A DNA stretch of 64,000 nucleotides from the human T2T-CHM13v2.0 reference genome, Homo sapiens, in assembly GCF_009914755.1 (NCBI RefSeq), contig NC_060925.1. The stretch is one strand, 5' to 3'. The notes under the pieces are model-generated. The model did not search any database. It saw nothing but the letters and a program-made list of their open reading frames with translations, and had not been told where the DNA came from. The position numbers were made by a program, and so were the translations under genes. How positions within the stretch are numbered: the stretch's first letter is position 1; each line of letters begins with the position of its first letter. Shown here piece by piece: positions 29,482 through 45,185 of the stretch.

Positions 29482-29721
29482 TTGACCCTCGAACAACACA
29501 GGTTTGAACTGTGCAAGTCCACTTAATATGCAGATTTTTTTCAGCCAAACGCAAATGGAAAATCCAGTATTTGAGGGATGTGAAACCTGTGTAAACAAAG
29601 GACCAACTTTTCATAATCACAGGTTCCATGGGGCCAACTGTGGGACTTGAGTGAGTATTTGAGGATTTTGGTATCTGCAGGGGTTGTGGATCCGATCCCT
29701 GATGATAATGAAGGAAAGCCG
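29479..29721. mobile_element. MER8 (TcMar-Tigger)
   Basis: CAGTTGACCCTCGAACAACACAGGTTTGAACTG start, about 240 bp. Confidence 0.8.
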
Positions 29722-29772
29722 TATATGTACATGTATCCATTTAGAGCACACACACACATTCAATGGTCTTAG

Positions 29773-30238
<466 letters not shown>

Positions 30239-30411
30239 TAGTTGTTGATGATTCAGTCATTTGACAAATGTATATTAACGCCAGCTTTATTTAAAGCTTT
30301 GTGTTGCCTGTTACAGAAACAGCACTAATACAACAGACATGAATTCTGTCCTTCAGGACCCATGAGGCTTGAGAGCAGATGGGGGTTACACAGAGAGCTA
30401 AGATTCTATGG

Positions 30412-30737
30412 CAGAGAGGTGGCAACTGTTCTTCTGTTAAGGGCCTGAGAGCAAATATTTTAGGCTTTGCCATCGCAAGGTCTCTGTTGGGACTATTCGA
30501 CTCTGTTGTAGTACAAAGACAACCACAGACAACACATAAACAAAGTTTATTGTGTCCCAGTAAACTTTATGTGTATGGATATGGAAATTTGAATTTTATG
30601 TGCTTAACATGTGTCACAAAATGTTATTCTTCTGGTTTTATTCTCAATCGTCTTTATATTTCTACACAAAAACCATTCTCAGCTCACAGGCTGCACAAAA
30701 TAAGGCATAGCCAGATTTGCTCCAAGGCCAACCCTGC
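30412..30737. mobile_element. MER58B (hAT-Charlie)
   Basis: tctgttaagggcctgagagcaaatattttaggctttgc...aaccattctcagctcacaggctgcacaaaa. Confidence 0.8.
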
Positions 30738-32455
30738 TCCATGGAATCATGTCACAATGGAGACCTAACTGAACTGGGTCTTGTATTGACAACGATTTAC
30801 GTATCTCAAGACAGTATCATGTAGCCATGGTCGCTTTGCATTCATTTTGCCCCACATTGTTGGTCTTCAATACTGGTGTTCGATTTAGCATGTTGGGGTA
30901 ATGAGTAGCAACTGGTCAAAATTAAGTGAGAGTTATTGTTTTTCTGCATAATGTTTCCTGTGGTCTCTCCTATCATTTCTTCCAAGGCAATATCAAATGA
31001 ATTAAAAGGCAGCAATTTACATTGAATTGCTCCCCCATTCCCAGATCAGAGCACTTATTGCCACTCCAGCTTCCCCCCTTAAAGGTAGTTTTATGAAATG
31101 TTGTAGGAGAAGGAAATAGCATCCCTTATAATAGACTACACCTCAATCCTTGAATTGTGGAGGTGAGAGCATCAAAAAAGCTGATTGCCATACCTTTCCC
31201 ACTGGTGACGTGCTAAAGAACTCACTTTTGTTTCTCATTCAAAACCCGAAAGTGGCAAATATGTTCAGCTCGTTGGTCCAGTTTAATCTCTCGTTCAGAT
31301 CTTAGTAGTATTAGCCCATTCTATAGGAATTATTTGAATAGCCAGCTTCATTTTAAGACATCTTCTTATATAACTGAACAATTAATTATACACAGACATA
31401 GTCCACTCCCTTCATATTGATCTTGTTTCTCAATGTTAAATTATTGGTATGCATTTATTGTTAACACAACATTGCTATGGCTTATATCAGTTTTGGAAAC
31501 CAGCTGGAGGTAGTGTAAGCAAAAGGGCGGATTGGTGACATGATAGCGAGGTATCTCAGGCAATCCGAGGGCAAGAAGAGAGCCAGGCTTATGGAAGGCC
31601 CTAACTGGAACGTGGAAAGCCATTAGGATCCTAGCAGTTCTGTGTCTTCAGCTGTGCCTCAGTTTCCTCTGCAAACCAACTCTCTCTATGTCTCTATATA
31701 AATGGTGAGTGGAAGATGACATTCATAGATATACATCTCCACTGTGCATGAGACCAGCCTCCACCATGGGATGCACTGACTGCCGTTCAGTCCCAGATAT
31801 GCATTCCTGGGACAGAGGATGCCATCTGTCCTGTTCTGGTCAATCACATGCCTCAGAAGGGCAGGAATAAACAGCAGAAAGTAGGAAGCCAATTGAGGTT
31901 ACTCGGCCTTTGGGGTATGCTATATATATGTCTCTCTCTTTGGGTTAGGCTGACAATCAGTTCCCTAGTGTTTACTCAGCACTCACTTCATGACCCTTAC
32001 TCTTATTTGCTTAGCTTGGGGTTTCATCAAAGCAGGCACATTTGCAAGAAGTCATCTACTTATTGAACAACTCTCAGGAAAAGACATAAATGTCATTTTG
32101 TTTTCACCTTCTATGAATCATAGTTGGTATCTTCAACAGAGACAGCAAGTGCAAAATGTCTGGAAAAATCTCTGAGTTAGAAAAGACTTACAGAAAATAA
32201 GCAAATTTAGGTTAAAAATGCCCCATCTCTCTCTTTTTCTGAAACCCAGACATACACACACAGAGTCATCCTGTTTGCTTGCAATTTTAATCTATAAAAG
32301 GTACTCATAGGTAATTTAAATTCTAGTGAATCATCCCTTTGGAAACTAATTGAAAGTTTTTTTATTTTGAAATATCAAGGCATTTTTCTTTAAAATTCTA
32401 TAGGAAGTTAGGGGCTTCAGGGGAGCCACAGTTTTATTTTTTAAAAGCATAAAAT

Positions 32456-32583
32456 GGCAGTGGCACATGCCTGTAGTCCCAGCTAATAGGGAGGCTGAGG
32501 CAGGTGGATCACTTGAGGCCAGAAGTTCAAGGCCTGCCTGGTCAACATAGCAAGACCCCATTTCTATAAAAATAAAAAAAAAA
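32456..32583 (+). mobile_element. FLAM Alu monomer
   Basis: Single left-arm unit with A tail. Confidence 0.8.
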
Positions 32584-32659
32584 GAAAGGAGAGAATAAAA
32601 TGAATGGCTTTCAACTACGTGGTGAATAAACCCTAACTGGTGAATAATAATGTCAGTTT

Positions 32660-32850
32660 CCTTTTAGTTAACACCTGTTACATGCCAGATACTGCTATAT
32701 ATTATTTATAACTTTCAAAACTGCTGCAGAAAGTAATATCTCCATTTTATAGATGCAGAGACTGAGGCTAAGAAAGGTGAATTGAATTTCTTAAGGCCGT
32801 ACAGCTCTGTGAAAGAATTCAAACCCAGGTGTCAATGGGCTGCTTCATGC
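32660..32850 (-). mobile_element. MIR
   Basis: ctccattttatagatgcagagactgaggct core. Confidence 0.7.
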
Positions 32851-32901
32851 TTCTTCTCATGAGGGGAAATATTCAGATTTTTTTTTTCTTTCTACAGATA
32901 A

Positions 32902-33711
<810 letters not shown>

Positions 33712-34157
33712 GCTATATACAGTAATGACTATCTTCTCAGTATTTTAAATTTTTTTTTTTTAATGAAATCTCTCTTCTTTCTCCCTCACCATATATACCA
33801 TATATATGCCCTATATATCCATGCACTGACTCTGGGCCAGGTAGCTTGTCGGACATGAGGGCAAAGGGGATGATTAAGACCAGGCTTCTGCCCTCAGATG
33901 ATTACAGGTGTTAAGGGAGGTGAGAATCAGATAGTTAAAATACAGGTCAGTTTACTCATTGCCACGTGAGGGTACATGCTGGTCACTCTGTAACTGCCTA
34001 GATGGGACACCCCTAATTCAGCCTGAGGAGGAAGGGCTCCAGCAGCATCTCGCTGGGGTTGACCAGGTGGCCATGGAGGGTAAGACAGGACTTTACAGGT
34101 CTACAGTGGCAAGTGCAGAGGTACAACAGAGAGAATGAATCCAAACTCCTTTACGTC

Positions 34158-34509
<352 letters not shown>

Positions 34510-35102
34510 AAACAGCACAGCCAAAGCAGCCTCTGCAGATCATTAGAACGGCCTGTGCTTTCCAGGTTTTATCAGTCTGGTATTTATATCCATGTGTTAG
34601 CTCAGAAGCCAACTTTGCCTTGCCTGTGTTTATTAAAACATCCATAAATCTGTCAGGTGTCTTTCTTTCAATCTGAAAATTCCCCAGGCAAGGAAGCCAT
34701 GAATCATCAAATTGAACATCAGGCTCCCGGGTGAACTGGCTGGACCAGACACAGGGCACTGTTTTCCCCACAGGCGTGAGCAGCCACAGCCCGGCAGCGC
34801 CCAGTGTGCAGAATCCGGCAGCAATGAAAGCAAGAGAGGAGAGAGAAATGCCCTCTTCCTTCTTGTCTCTCCAGTCCCCTTAGAGAAGTACTTGCTGATC
34901 CAGAACAAAGCCAGTCAACCACATGGTCCCTCCACGGTCACACACAGCTGGTTGCTCTGCTGCAATAGAAGTCTCTCCCTCCCCAGCTACAATGACACTG
35001 GACATAGTTAAGGTTAAATCTCTTTCTGAGGACCATGAAACTATAATGATAATTTCAAACATCTGTTTGTTGCTATTAATGTATATGATATTCCAGTGAG
35101 TT

Positions 35103-36041
35103 TGTTACCCAGCCAGGCTTGTTCTGCCTGTCACACAGTATGCCAATCACTGTGATGAGGTTTGCAGCAAAGAAAGGGTTTATTCACGAGGCAGCAAAGC
35201 AAGAAGACAGGAGAAGAGATCCCAAACCCAACTCTCCAAAGACAGGGTTGAGGGACATTTATGGGATAAAAGAACAAGGCAATCCGAGGCATAGAGAAGG
35301 GGGTAAGGAAAGTGTGGGAACTGGTGATCTGAGCAAGTGTAGTCAAGCCTTGTGGCTCTTCATAGGACTCATGTTTACAAAATGGAATTATTAGCATGAT
35401 CTGATGATGGGGTTTTGGCCCTGTGATACCCAAAGGTCATCCATGGAGCAGTCACACAGTCCCAGTTGGAGGGTCGCTGGTCTCAGCTGGCTTGACCTGG
35501 ATGAGAGCTGACCCCAAGTTCCTGAAAATACAACTTAAGCGGCCATTACCATGATAACCTATAATCAGAGATATTATCTATATAGAAGCTTGTGAAGTTT
35601 AGTTATATATTATTTGGCCATGCAACTTTAGCTATGTGGAGGTTTGTTTGGTTTTGTTTTAGAGACAGAGTCTCACTATGTTGCCCAGGCTGGCATGCAG
35701 CAGCATGAAGATAATTCACTGAGGCCGCTAACTCCTGGGCCAAAGTCATCCTCCTCAGCCTCCTGAGTAGCTCGGACTATAGGTGCACACCACCATGCCT
35801 AGCTAATTATTTTTATTTTTATTGTAGAGACAGGGGTCTTGCTTTGTTGCTCAGGCTGGTCTCAAACTCCTGGCCTACAAGTGATCCTCCCACCTCAGCC
35901 TCTCAAAGTGCTGCAATTATAGCTGTGAGCCACCGTGCCCAGCCAGCCATGTAGGTTTTAAAATCAACTAGAAGCAAGCAACTAAAAGCAAGCGAGGCCA
36001 TTTACGTTTGGCAGGCCTAATCAGGTTAGCCTTCGGTTTCA
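35103..36041 (-). mobile_element. ERV1-class solo LTR (MER4-group, subfamily uncertain) containing an AluJ
   Basis: TG...CA termini with 4-bp TSD AGTT; minus-strand AATAAA near the left end. Confidence 0.75.
35643..35944 (-). mobile_element. AluJ
   Basis: Diverged reverse Alu dimer. Confidence 0.88.
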
Positions 36042-36149
36042 AGTTTAGAAGAAGAAACAGCAGCAATCTTGGTTTTCAGCTGAGGAGGCTGGGGGCAAGA
36101 TAGTAATAAAGACAGCAGGCAAGTGCTAAGTAAAAGAATACAACCCCTG

Positions 36150-36486
<337 letters not shown>

Positions 36487-37010
36487 TTAGTGCCTGTTGC
36501 GAGAGCTGCCACCAGCTGGCCTCACAAGAGAAAGTGGGTGAGGGGAAAAGAAAGGGAAAGGAAAAAAAAATGAAATAAATTGGGAAAGAAGAAAACAAAA
36601 TGGCGAGTTGATTGGGGCTCCATCCACACATGTACCTGGGTTATCATTCAGGTAATCATTGATTACCTCACCACTTCTCTCAATCAGATTTTCATCAAAG
36701 CTTCCTATGTCATAAATCAATCGGAAAAACATCCGAATCTCCAGATTTTACCTTAATTGTACCAGGGTTCTTTCCCAAGCCAGGGACTTGGAACCCACAC
36801 TCAGCCATCTGCTTCCTATGCCCTTTGAATAACTATTTAAAGTAAGTTCTTTGAGCTTGAGTTTCACCAAAGGAAGAAAACCTTGTCAGCAAAGCCCCCA
36901 GCCCCTTTAATTTCTACCCTTTTGTGGTTCTTTCCCTGCAAACAGGGACAAACAGGACCATTTTGATAAGTCCCAGATCAACATAAGCACTGAGGTATTT
37001 AGATATATAG

Positions 37011-37373
<363 letters not shown>

Positions 37374-38639
37374 TAACCGTGAGGAAAACTGAGGCCTAAA
37401 GAGAACAACCACTTGCCCTAAATCATATGCTAATTCGTAGTGGTGCCTCTCTGGCGTGCAGGTGATTGTTAGTTTTATTTGCTTTTATTTTGTTTTGATT
37501 TAAGAGGTTTCCTAGTGATACTAATAATAATAGCAATATTCATTTAACTCATATTGAGTCCTTCCCATGTACTAGACACTGTTCAAAATATATGTATTTT
37601 AATGTATTCTGAATACTTTTAACGTCTTTTAATCCCCGCACAATCCTATGAGATAGGTGCTGTTATCAACCTCCGTTTTACCACTTAGGTACAGAGAGAT
37701 AACAGAGAGATGCAGGAAGTTGCCTAAGGTTTTTGACATCACTCTTCATGGAGATTTAGGGAAAGATGTGAATGGCACAATTGCTAACTGGCATGGATGC
37801 AATAAGAAGGGAAATCTAATCTATACTAAATTTGAAGGAAAAACTAATCTATACTAAATTATTATAATCTGCAATGGACATATCTTTAGAATATCATATG
37901 TGTGTGCTACTACAAGGCCACGTGACCTAGTGTTTTGTCACAGGCCCTGAGCTGCTAGAAAGCAGAGTCTCTGCAGCCCCTAAGGCAGGGCACACTGGCT
38001 GCCCAGCACGCAGTGGGTGTTCAATAAACCTATGAAGAAGTGAAATTGACATTGAGGGTGATTTATACTCCTGGAGACTCATCAGCCCAGGGACGGCTCT
38101 TCGCAGAGAAAGGCATCTCTTCAAGATGATTTGAGGATCCTCTTGCTCCAGTAGGTTAAGAAATACATATCTAAGTGTTTTCCTCTGCATGGGATATTTC
38201 TTTATAGTTCAGGAGAATTTTCTGCCTATTTCCACCCCCTCTTGTCTAGATTCTATTGAAACACACACAACAACATTTAATCACTCACTCAGTGGGATAA
38301 ATGACCCTGACCCTTGACTCATCATCGTAAACGGTAAAACAACCTGATTTATCAAGAAACAACATCTCTCAGCCGTGATGTTCCTCCATCACTTATTTAT
38401 TCTTTAGTGTTCAGGTTAAATGCCGCCTCATTAGAGGCATCTCTTCCCCACATTATCTAAGATAGGGCCTCCCAGTTACACACCCTTCATCTCCAACTAT
38501 GCCCCTCATTCATTTCATTTGCAGCACTTCAGTTAGGTCCATCCATGCTTTTTGAAGCTTTTTCTAGTGTAATGCACTCTTCCATTTATTTTGTTCATCC
38601 TAAAAGCTAGCACAGAGGCTGGCATGTTTATATTACTTA

Positions 38640-38870
38640 TTTAGCAAACACTACTTGCTCTCTATGTGCTGAGCATTCTAACTGCTTACTAAATTTATTT
38701 GATCCTCCCTACAACCCCACACTTAGGTACTCTTATTACTCTGTGTTTTATAGATGAGGAAACTGAGGCAGAGAAATTGAGCCTTAGTTTGAGCCTTGGG
38801 GCACAAAAGTAGTATGTGTTTTTGAACCCACTAAGTCTAGTTCTTGGTTTGTGTTCCACCATTACTTTGA
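38640..38870 (-). mobile_element. MIR
   Basis: ttttatagatgaggaaactgaggcagagaa core. Confidence 0.8.
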
Positions 38871-39238
38871 ACAAATACACACACAGTCAATTCTTATTTG
38901 TTGAACATCTGAATAAATAAACGAAATATAAACATAAGTAAAGGAACTAAGAACAAAATGTCTCCTGTCTACTGCAGCACTTCTTACATCTATGTCTATA
39001 TTTATCCCCTACTCTAATCTCTTGATCTTCTTTTGAAGTATTTTTGAAAGAGCATCTCTCCTCTTAAAATTTTTCTAATGCAAATAAAAAACACACTGAC
39101 CTAGAGTTCCAAAGGGAATATATTTATCGTATGAAAAGAGAACCCCAACAAACACCCACACACATCAGCTGTAGTTTGATGATAACAGTTCTGATCTCAA
39201 GAGAATAGCCAAACTTGCATGTTTTATGTTATGCTGAC

Positions 39239-39697
39239 TATAGTGGGTTGAATGATGGTCACCCAAAAAGATACGACCACATTCTAATCTCAGAACCTGT
39301 GAATGTTACCTAATTTGGAAAAAGAGTCTTTGCAGATGTAATTAAGTTAAGGAGCTTGAGAGGAAGAGATCATCCTGGATTATTCATGTGGGCCCGAAAT
39401 CCAATAACAGGTGTCCTCATACAAGACATACAGAGAAGAGAGAAGACAAGTAGGCAGTGTAACCATGGAGGCAGAGATTGAATTGATGTAGTTATAAGTC
39501 AAGGAATGCCCAGAGCCACTAGAAACTGGAAGGGACAAGGAAAGGATTCTCTCCTAGAGCCTCTGGAGGGAGTGTGGCCCTGGAAACACCTTGATTTTGG
39601 ACTTCTGGCCAGGAGAACTGTGAGAGAATCCATTTCTATTGTTTTAAACCATTCAGATTGTGGTCATTCATTATGGAAAATACAGGAAATGAATACA
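39239..39697 (+). mobile_element. MLT1C-like MaLR solo LTR
   Basis: gaacctgtgaatgttacc...gtctttgcagatgtaattaagttaagg...aataca; TSD CTGAC/CTGAT. Confidence 0.88.
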
Positions 39698-40392
39698 CTG
39701 ATGCTTGAAGATTGCACTAACTACTTCTTAAAAGTCTCCTTAACGAAGCTTTTTTGAGACTGATTTGGTTCACCTCTGCTGTATAAACATGGGTGGGAAA
39801 GGGTAGGAAAAATGGCTCGCCACAGACATCTTGAAATTTCTTTTTATCTTTTAGTTATTCTCACTGAACTGTGCGTGCCTATACAGGCAGGTAAACTCAG
39901 CAGTTGTATGGTGCTTACTAGTAGATGTTAAATATTACTCTTCATTTAAAAAAGTCGTAAAGTTTTTAAAATATCCCTCAAAACCTTAGGAGACTGAATT
40001 CATAAGAAAGATAAACAGCGAATTCTTGTTAAGTGGCTGGTAAAAAAACAAGCATAATATGGTTCACTCCCACCAATGGATGCCTTACAGATGGACGACA
40101 TGAGTCATGCCGCTGGCCTTGACTCCCTTCTCACCAGCAAAGACCTTACAACAATCTGACTGCCTGTTTAGAATCTGGGACTGCTAAGAATTGGAGTTGG
40201 GAAGGTGGCCAGGAGGAATGCTTGGAAAGACTTTCTAGAGCTCATTGGAGAAATTTTAACAAGCAGGTGCCTTAAAAGGAATAAAAAATAATTGATATCC
40301 TTGACCTGAACTACCTCCAAACTACCCAGTCTATGATTGTCTCTTGATTCTGCAAGCAGATGATATGGAAAACATGTGATAGTCCTCTAGGA

Positions 40393-40589
40393 CTGTCATT
40401 CTCAAACTTTAGCGTGCATCTGAATCACCTGGAAGGAAGGCCTGTTAAAACATAGATTTCTGGGCCTCACCCTCTGAGTTTTAGTGACAGGAGGTCCGGA
40501 GTACGGTCCAAAAATGGGCAGGTCTAACAAGTAACCAGTTGCTGCTGCTTGATGCTGGGGTTCCAGGGACCACACTTGGATGACAACTG
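40393..40589. mobile_element. MER5A
   Basis: ttctcaaactttagcgtgcatctgaatcacctgga...gggaccacactt. Confidence 0.8.
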
Positions 40590-42168
40590 GTCTGGAAAAT
40601 TGATGAGTCAAGTATATAGTGATCTAATTAAGTGAGTCGGCTTTTTGACAGATATTTGGGCTCCTTCTTGTACCGAGAGCAATATCACAACATGTTTCTG
40701 TGCTAAAGCCCTCAGTATATTTTTTGCCTGTAGGTAAGTTTATTGGGTAATAACTTTGTTGCCAAACAATGACTTTCTGCAAGTGTACTTCAGCGACGCA
40801 TTCATTGTGTTGTGATCACAGGCACACCTGCTCAGTGCTTCCCATATACAGCGACCAAGCCATTAATCCTCCCTAAATTCAACACCTGCGCTGACCTTCC
40901 CCTTCAAGGTCCCATCCTTAAAGGAACCTTCAAGTCTCCACTAGGTCATTCTAATAAGCGGAAGGTGACACTAAACTGAATAGGTAATGATCCCAGGGCA
41001 CTGGGTGAAAATATTTATCCTAGGTCATTCTCCTTGTCTGATGTGTCACTTGGGAATTAACCTTTCTCTGATGCCTCACTGGCTTGTTGAGGGCAAGGGT
41101 AATGAAAATACGCTGGGAGCTATTTCTAAGTGTTGGTGTAGCTATGTCTTTAGTCTAAATGATCAACCACATTCTGTTAAAATATTTAATACCACATAAG
41201 CTGCTCTCCTAATTTCTTATAAATGTGCTTTTAACTTCCAGCCAGTGAAAGGCACATGGTGGTGATATTTTTGAGAAAGTAGAGAAGAAAAGAATGAATC
41301 CGGATGGTTGTTGAGACAGAAACTGAGCGTCGAACCTCATTTTCTCTCGTACCCAAACCTTGATGAAACAACAGAGGAAAGTATTGGGCTGCAATTGTAG
41401 GCGCACAAAAGCAAACCTTGAGTCATGGATGACCGACCAAGGAAGAGTCCCCTTGGGAGGAGGAGGTGCCAAAGACCAGTGATACTGCTTTGGGTTATGT
41501 GCACTGAGGGTTTCCAACCCTGACGGATATGGATTCTAATTTAAAATATCACAGGGAAGAAAAAAATAGACGTTCCCATGGCAACATTTTCTCAGGGCCA
41601 GCTCTTCTGTCTTATTATCATATCTTATTTAAATATTTCCTGGAATCAGTTTAAACTTAATCCCTCTGTGTGTCTTCTATTTTCAGTGGCCATGGAGAGC
41701 GTAACATCTGGTCAGAGGTTTTCCTTAAATAAATCATATAATTGTAGGCAAGTCCATCGATTTCCATATGTTTGCTTGTGCTTACAATAGCTGCAAATCT
41801 AATATCATGTAAAAATTTCATTAACATTCATTTCCAGATCTCTAATTAAGAATTTTAAGTTAGCTAAATCTAACATTCCTTCAGGAACTGTGGTAGACAC
41901 CTGCCTGCAGCTGGATATGGTACCATTTGTCACAACGTATGCTGTGTTCCAGCCCGGTTCCAAAGAGCATTACCGGGTTTCTCTGTGAACCACGTTTTGC
42001 CAGATACTTGGAGAACAACCCTCCATAAATGTTCCTTTGATATGTGATTTTATCAAAGCGACCTTTTCTTTGTTATTCTTTATCATTCTTACAAAAATTA
42101 ATGTTTCTGTCCTCCACCACCCTCCCATGATGTTTATTTGTCCTGATTTGTCTCTTTGTCTTCCTTAA

Positions 42169-42675
<507 letters not shown>

Positions 42676-42935
42676 TTCAGACAGCTTTGAAAGCTAATTA
42701 AACCTTCAGAAACTTGATTTGTTGGAATAAGTTACACCTGGGCAAGTTGAATTTCCTTTTTCATAGCATCAGAACTTCCAGCATTTTATTCGCATCTGTT
42801 GAGATGTTTTTGAAGAGCATTTCATTACTTCTAAGTATATGAATATGCCTATCTTTAGTTAGTCATTCAGTATACAAGTTTTTTAAAGTGTCGGTTTCTC
42901 AGCTATACCCAGATCATCTATATTTTTATTGAAAT

Positions 42936-43097
42936 CAGAAAATGTATTCTGAAGCTAATAAAGCTGAAACTTCAAGGGACCCCCGAGGGATAGTGGAGCA
43001 ATGGTGTTTTATATTCATAATTTTGTATTTATTTTGTTAAAGGAAACACAGCAAAATGTATAAGCTTCAGTTTCCACAAAGCTTGTATCTGTCCCTG
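42936..43097. mobile_element. Arthur1A-like hAT-Tip100 fossil
   Basis: gaagctaataaagctgaaacttcaaggg...tgtataagcttcag...atctgtccctg. Confidence 0.5.
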
Positions 43098-43269
43098 ATT
43101 TGTAATATATTGAAATACAAATCTTATAAAAGGCCTTTACTTTCATAGCCTTGTTGCATAGTTGAGTTGCTTGTTTAAGTCGTGGTCTTGATGGTTATTG
43201 TGGTGTTTATCTCTGGAGATAAATGCATTCTGACACCAACAGTCATATATCAGTAAGAATGGCAATGAA

Positions 43270-43767
43270 TTTGGGACGCCAAGGCAGGAGGATTGCTTGA
43301 GCCCAGGAGTTCAAGACCACCCTGAGTAACATGGCAAAACCCCATCTCTACAAAAAAAGAATGCAAAAAAGTAGCCAGGCATGGTGGTGCACACCTGTAG
43401 ATCCAGCTACCCGGGAGGCTGAGGTAGGAGAGTCACCTGAGCCTGAGGAGGTTGAGGCTGCAGTGAGCCATGATTGCACCACTGCATTCCACACTCCAGC
43501 CTGAGCGAGAGACTCTGTCTCAAAAAAAAAAGGAAAAAAGAAAAAAGAAGAAGGGCAACATAGCAAGACCCTGTCACTCAAAAAACATTTTTATGGTTAG
43601 CCAGGCATGGTGGTACACACCTGTAGTCCTAGCTACTCAGGAGGCTGAGGCAGGAGGATTGCTTGGGCCCAGCCCAGGAGGTTGAGGTTGCAGTGAGCCA
43701 TGATCGCACTACTGCACTCCAACCTGGGCCAGAGAGTGAGACCCTGTCTCAAAAAAAAAAAAAAAAA
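43270..43767 (+). mobile_element. Two tandem 5'-truncated AluJ copies (43270-43552, 43553-43767)
   Basis: Two A tails; one flanking direct repeat TGGCAATGAA. Confidence 0.88.
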
Positions 43768-44135
43768 GTGGCAATGAAAAATAGACTGAATTAGGTGGGA
43801 TCATGTAGCATTGCATCAATTCTGATGCAATTGCCCGATGCCTTCATGGGGAGAAACCAAGTAATATGTTAATCAACCTCCCTGAACAATTAAGTTTCAT
43901 CAGTAGTGTCCCAAACCCAGGTTTGCTAATTGGCCAGTGTTAAGGGAAGGAATGCAGGGATCTTAACGCTACTTCTTCTATCATGTAAAACCCACTCAAA
44001 GGACTCAGTCCACCTCTGTTTTTGGCTCTTACCCATGGTTTATGCAGACTGAGTAACCAAGCTAAGCCAGCAACGGAGGACAACCAAGTACGTTGTCATC
44101 TCCATAGTGGGCTGGTAATTATACTCCAGTCCATC

Positions 44136-44807
44136 TGAAGCAGCCTCATTGTCTGGGGTGATAACCAAGGTTCACTGTCTCATGGCCAGGGAAGTCAAGG
44201 ACGCAGACACACAAAGAGTGAAGTAAAGAGTGGAAGTTTAACAGGCGTAAGAAACAGAATAGCTCTCTGCTGGAGAGAGGGGTCCTGGAGGAATGGATCA
44301 CCGGATCCACAGTGGAATGCAGGGGGGTTTATAGATGCCTGGTGAGGAGGTGTTGTCTGATTTACATAGAGCACGGAAGATTGGTTGGATCAGGTGTACC
44401 ATTTGCTTAGGGCACGAAAAACTGGCTAGGACTAGGTGCACTATTTGCATAGGGGTCAATTTCTGGTAGCCCCCCCTCTAATCTTTTATTATGCAAGTAG
44501 GTTTTCTGCCTGACCTGTGCCATGTTGTCCATCCCTCTGCTGTACACATGATAACACAAACAGGGAAGATGGAGCCTCCGTGTTGGACATGCCTGGCCCC
44601 TAGGTAGCCCTTTTCTATTGGCACAGCTGCCGGCGTTCCCCTGTACAAGCTTCCAGCTTGCTTATCTATGTTTGCAGCTCGATTTTTCAGGCTGCTTTTT
44701 ATTAGAAAAAAAATGATTTCTTGGGCCACTTTTTGTTGAAAGGGAAGCTCTGCCAAGGACTCTTTTACACTATCTGCCTAAATAATTTCTTTCTACCTCC
44801 TGTATCA
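44136..44807 (-). mobile_element. MER50-like ERV1 solo LTR
   Basis: Minus strand begins TGATACAGGAGGTAGAAAGAAATTATTTAGGCAGATAG; TSD CATC/CATT. Confidence 0.82.
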
Positions 44808-45185
44808 CATTCACTTTATCAGTGGTTCAGGAGAGATGATGTTTCAGCCAGTCAGTCCTGGGCTGCCACACCTGGGCTGGGATGGGCTGAGGCTGTGCTT
44901 ATGAGCTCAATCAGAAATTTAACCAATTTTAAATGACAGTCTTCCCAGAGAGCATCAGGCATAATGATGGTGGTGAGAGAGAAAGATAATGCTTGGCTCA
45001 AGGAGTATAGTGTACATTTCAAAAGGGCCTTTAGTCTTGGCAGTTTCTGGTATATCTGTCACAGAGTAAAGAGGAATCAAATCTGTGTTGAATGTAGAAC
45101 TGGAAATGTATGAACATAACAATAATCACATGGTTAATGCCAGTCACAAGAGGACCCCACAGTAGTGTAAGTTAAACAAATGGAG

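Noticed and set aside
32877-32897. Strong-looking acceptor T-tract + CTACAG
   Set aside because: No convincing branch point or downstream donor found
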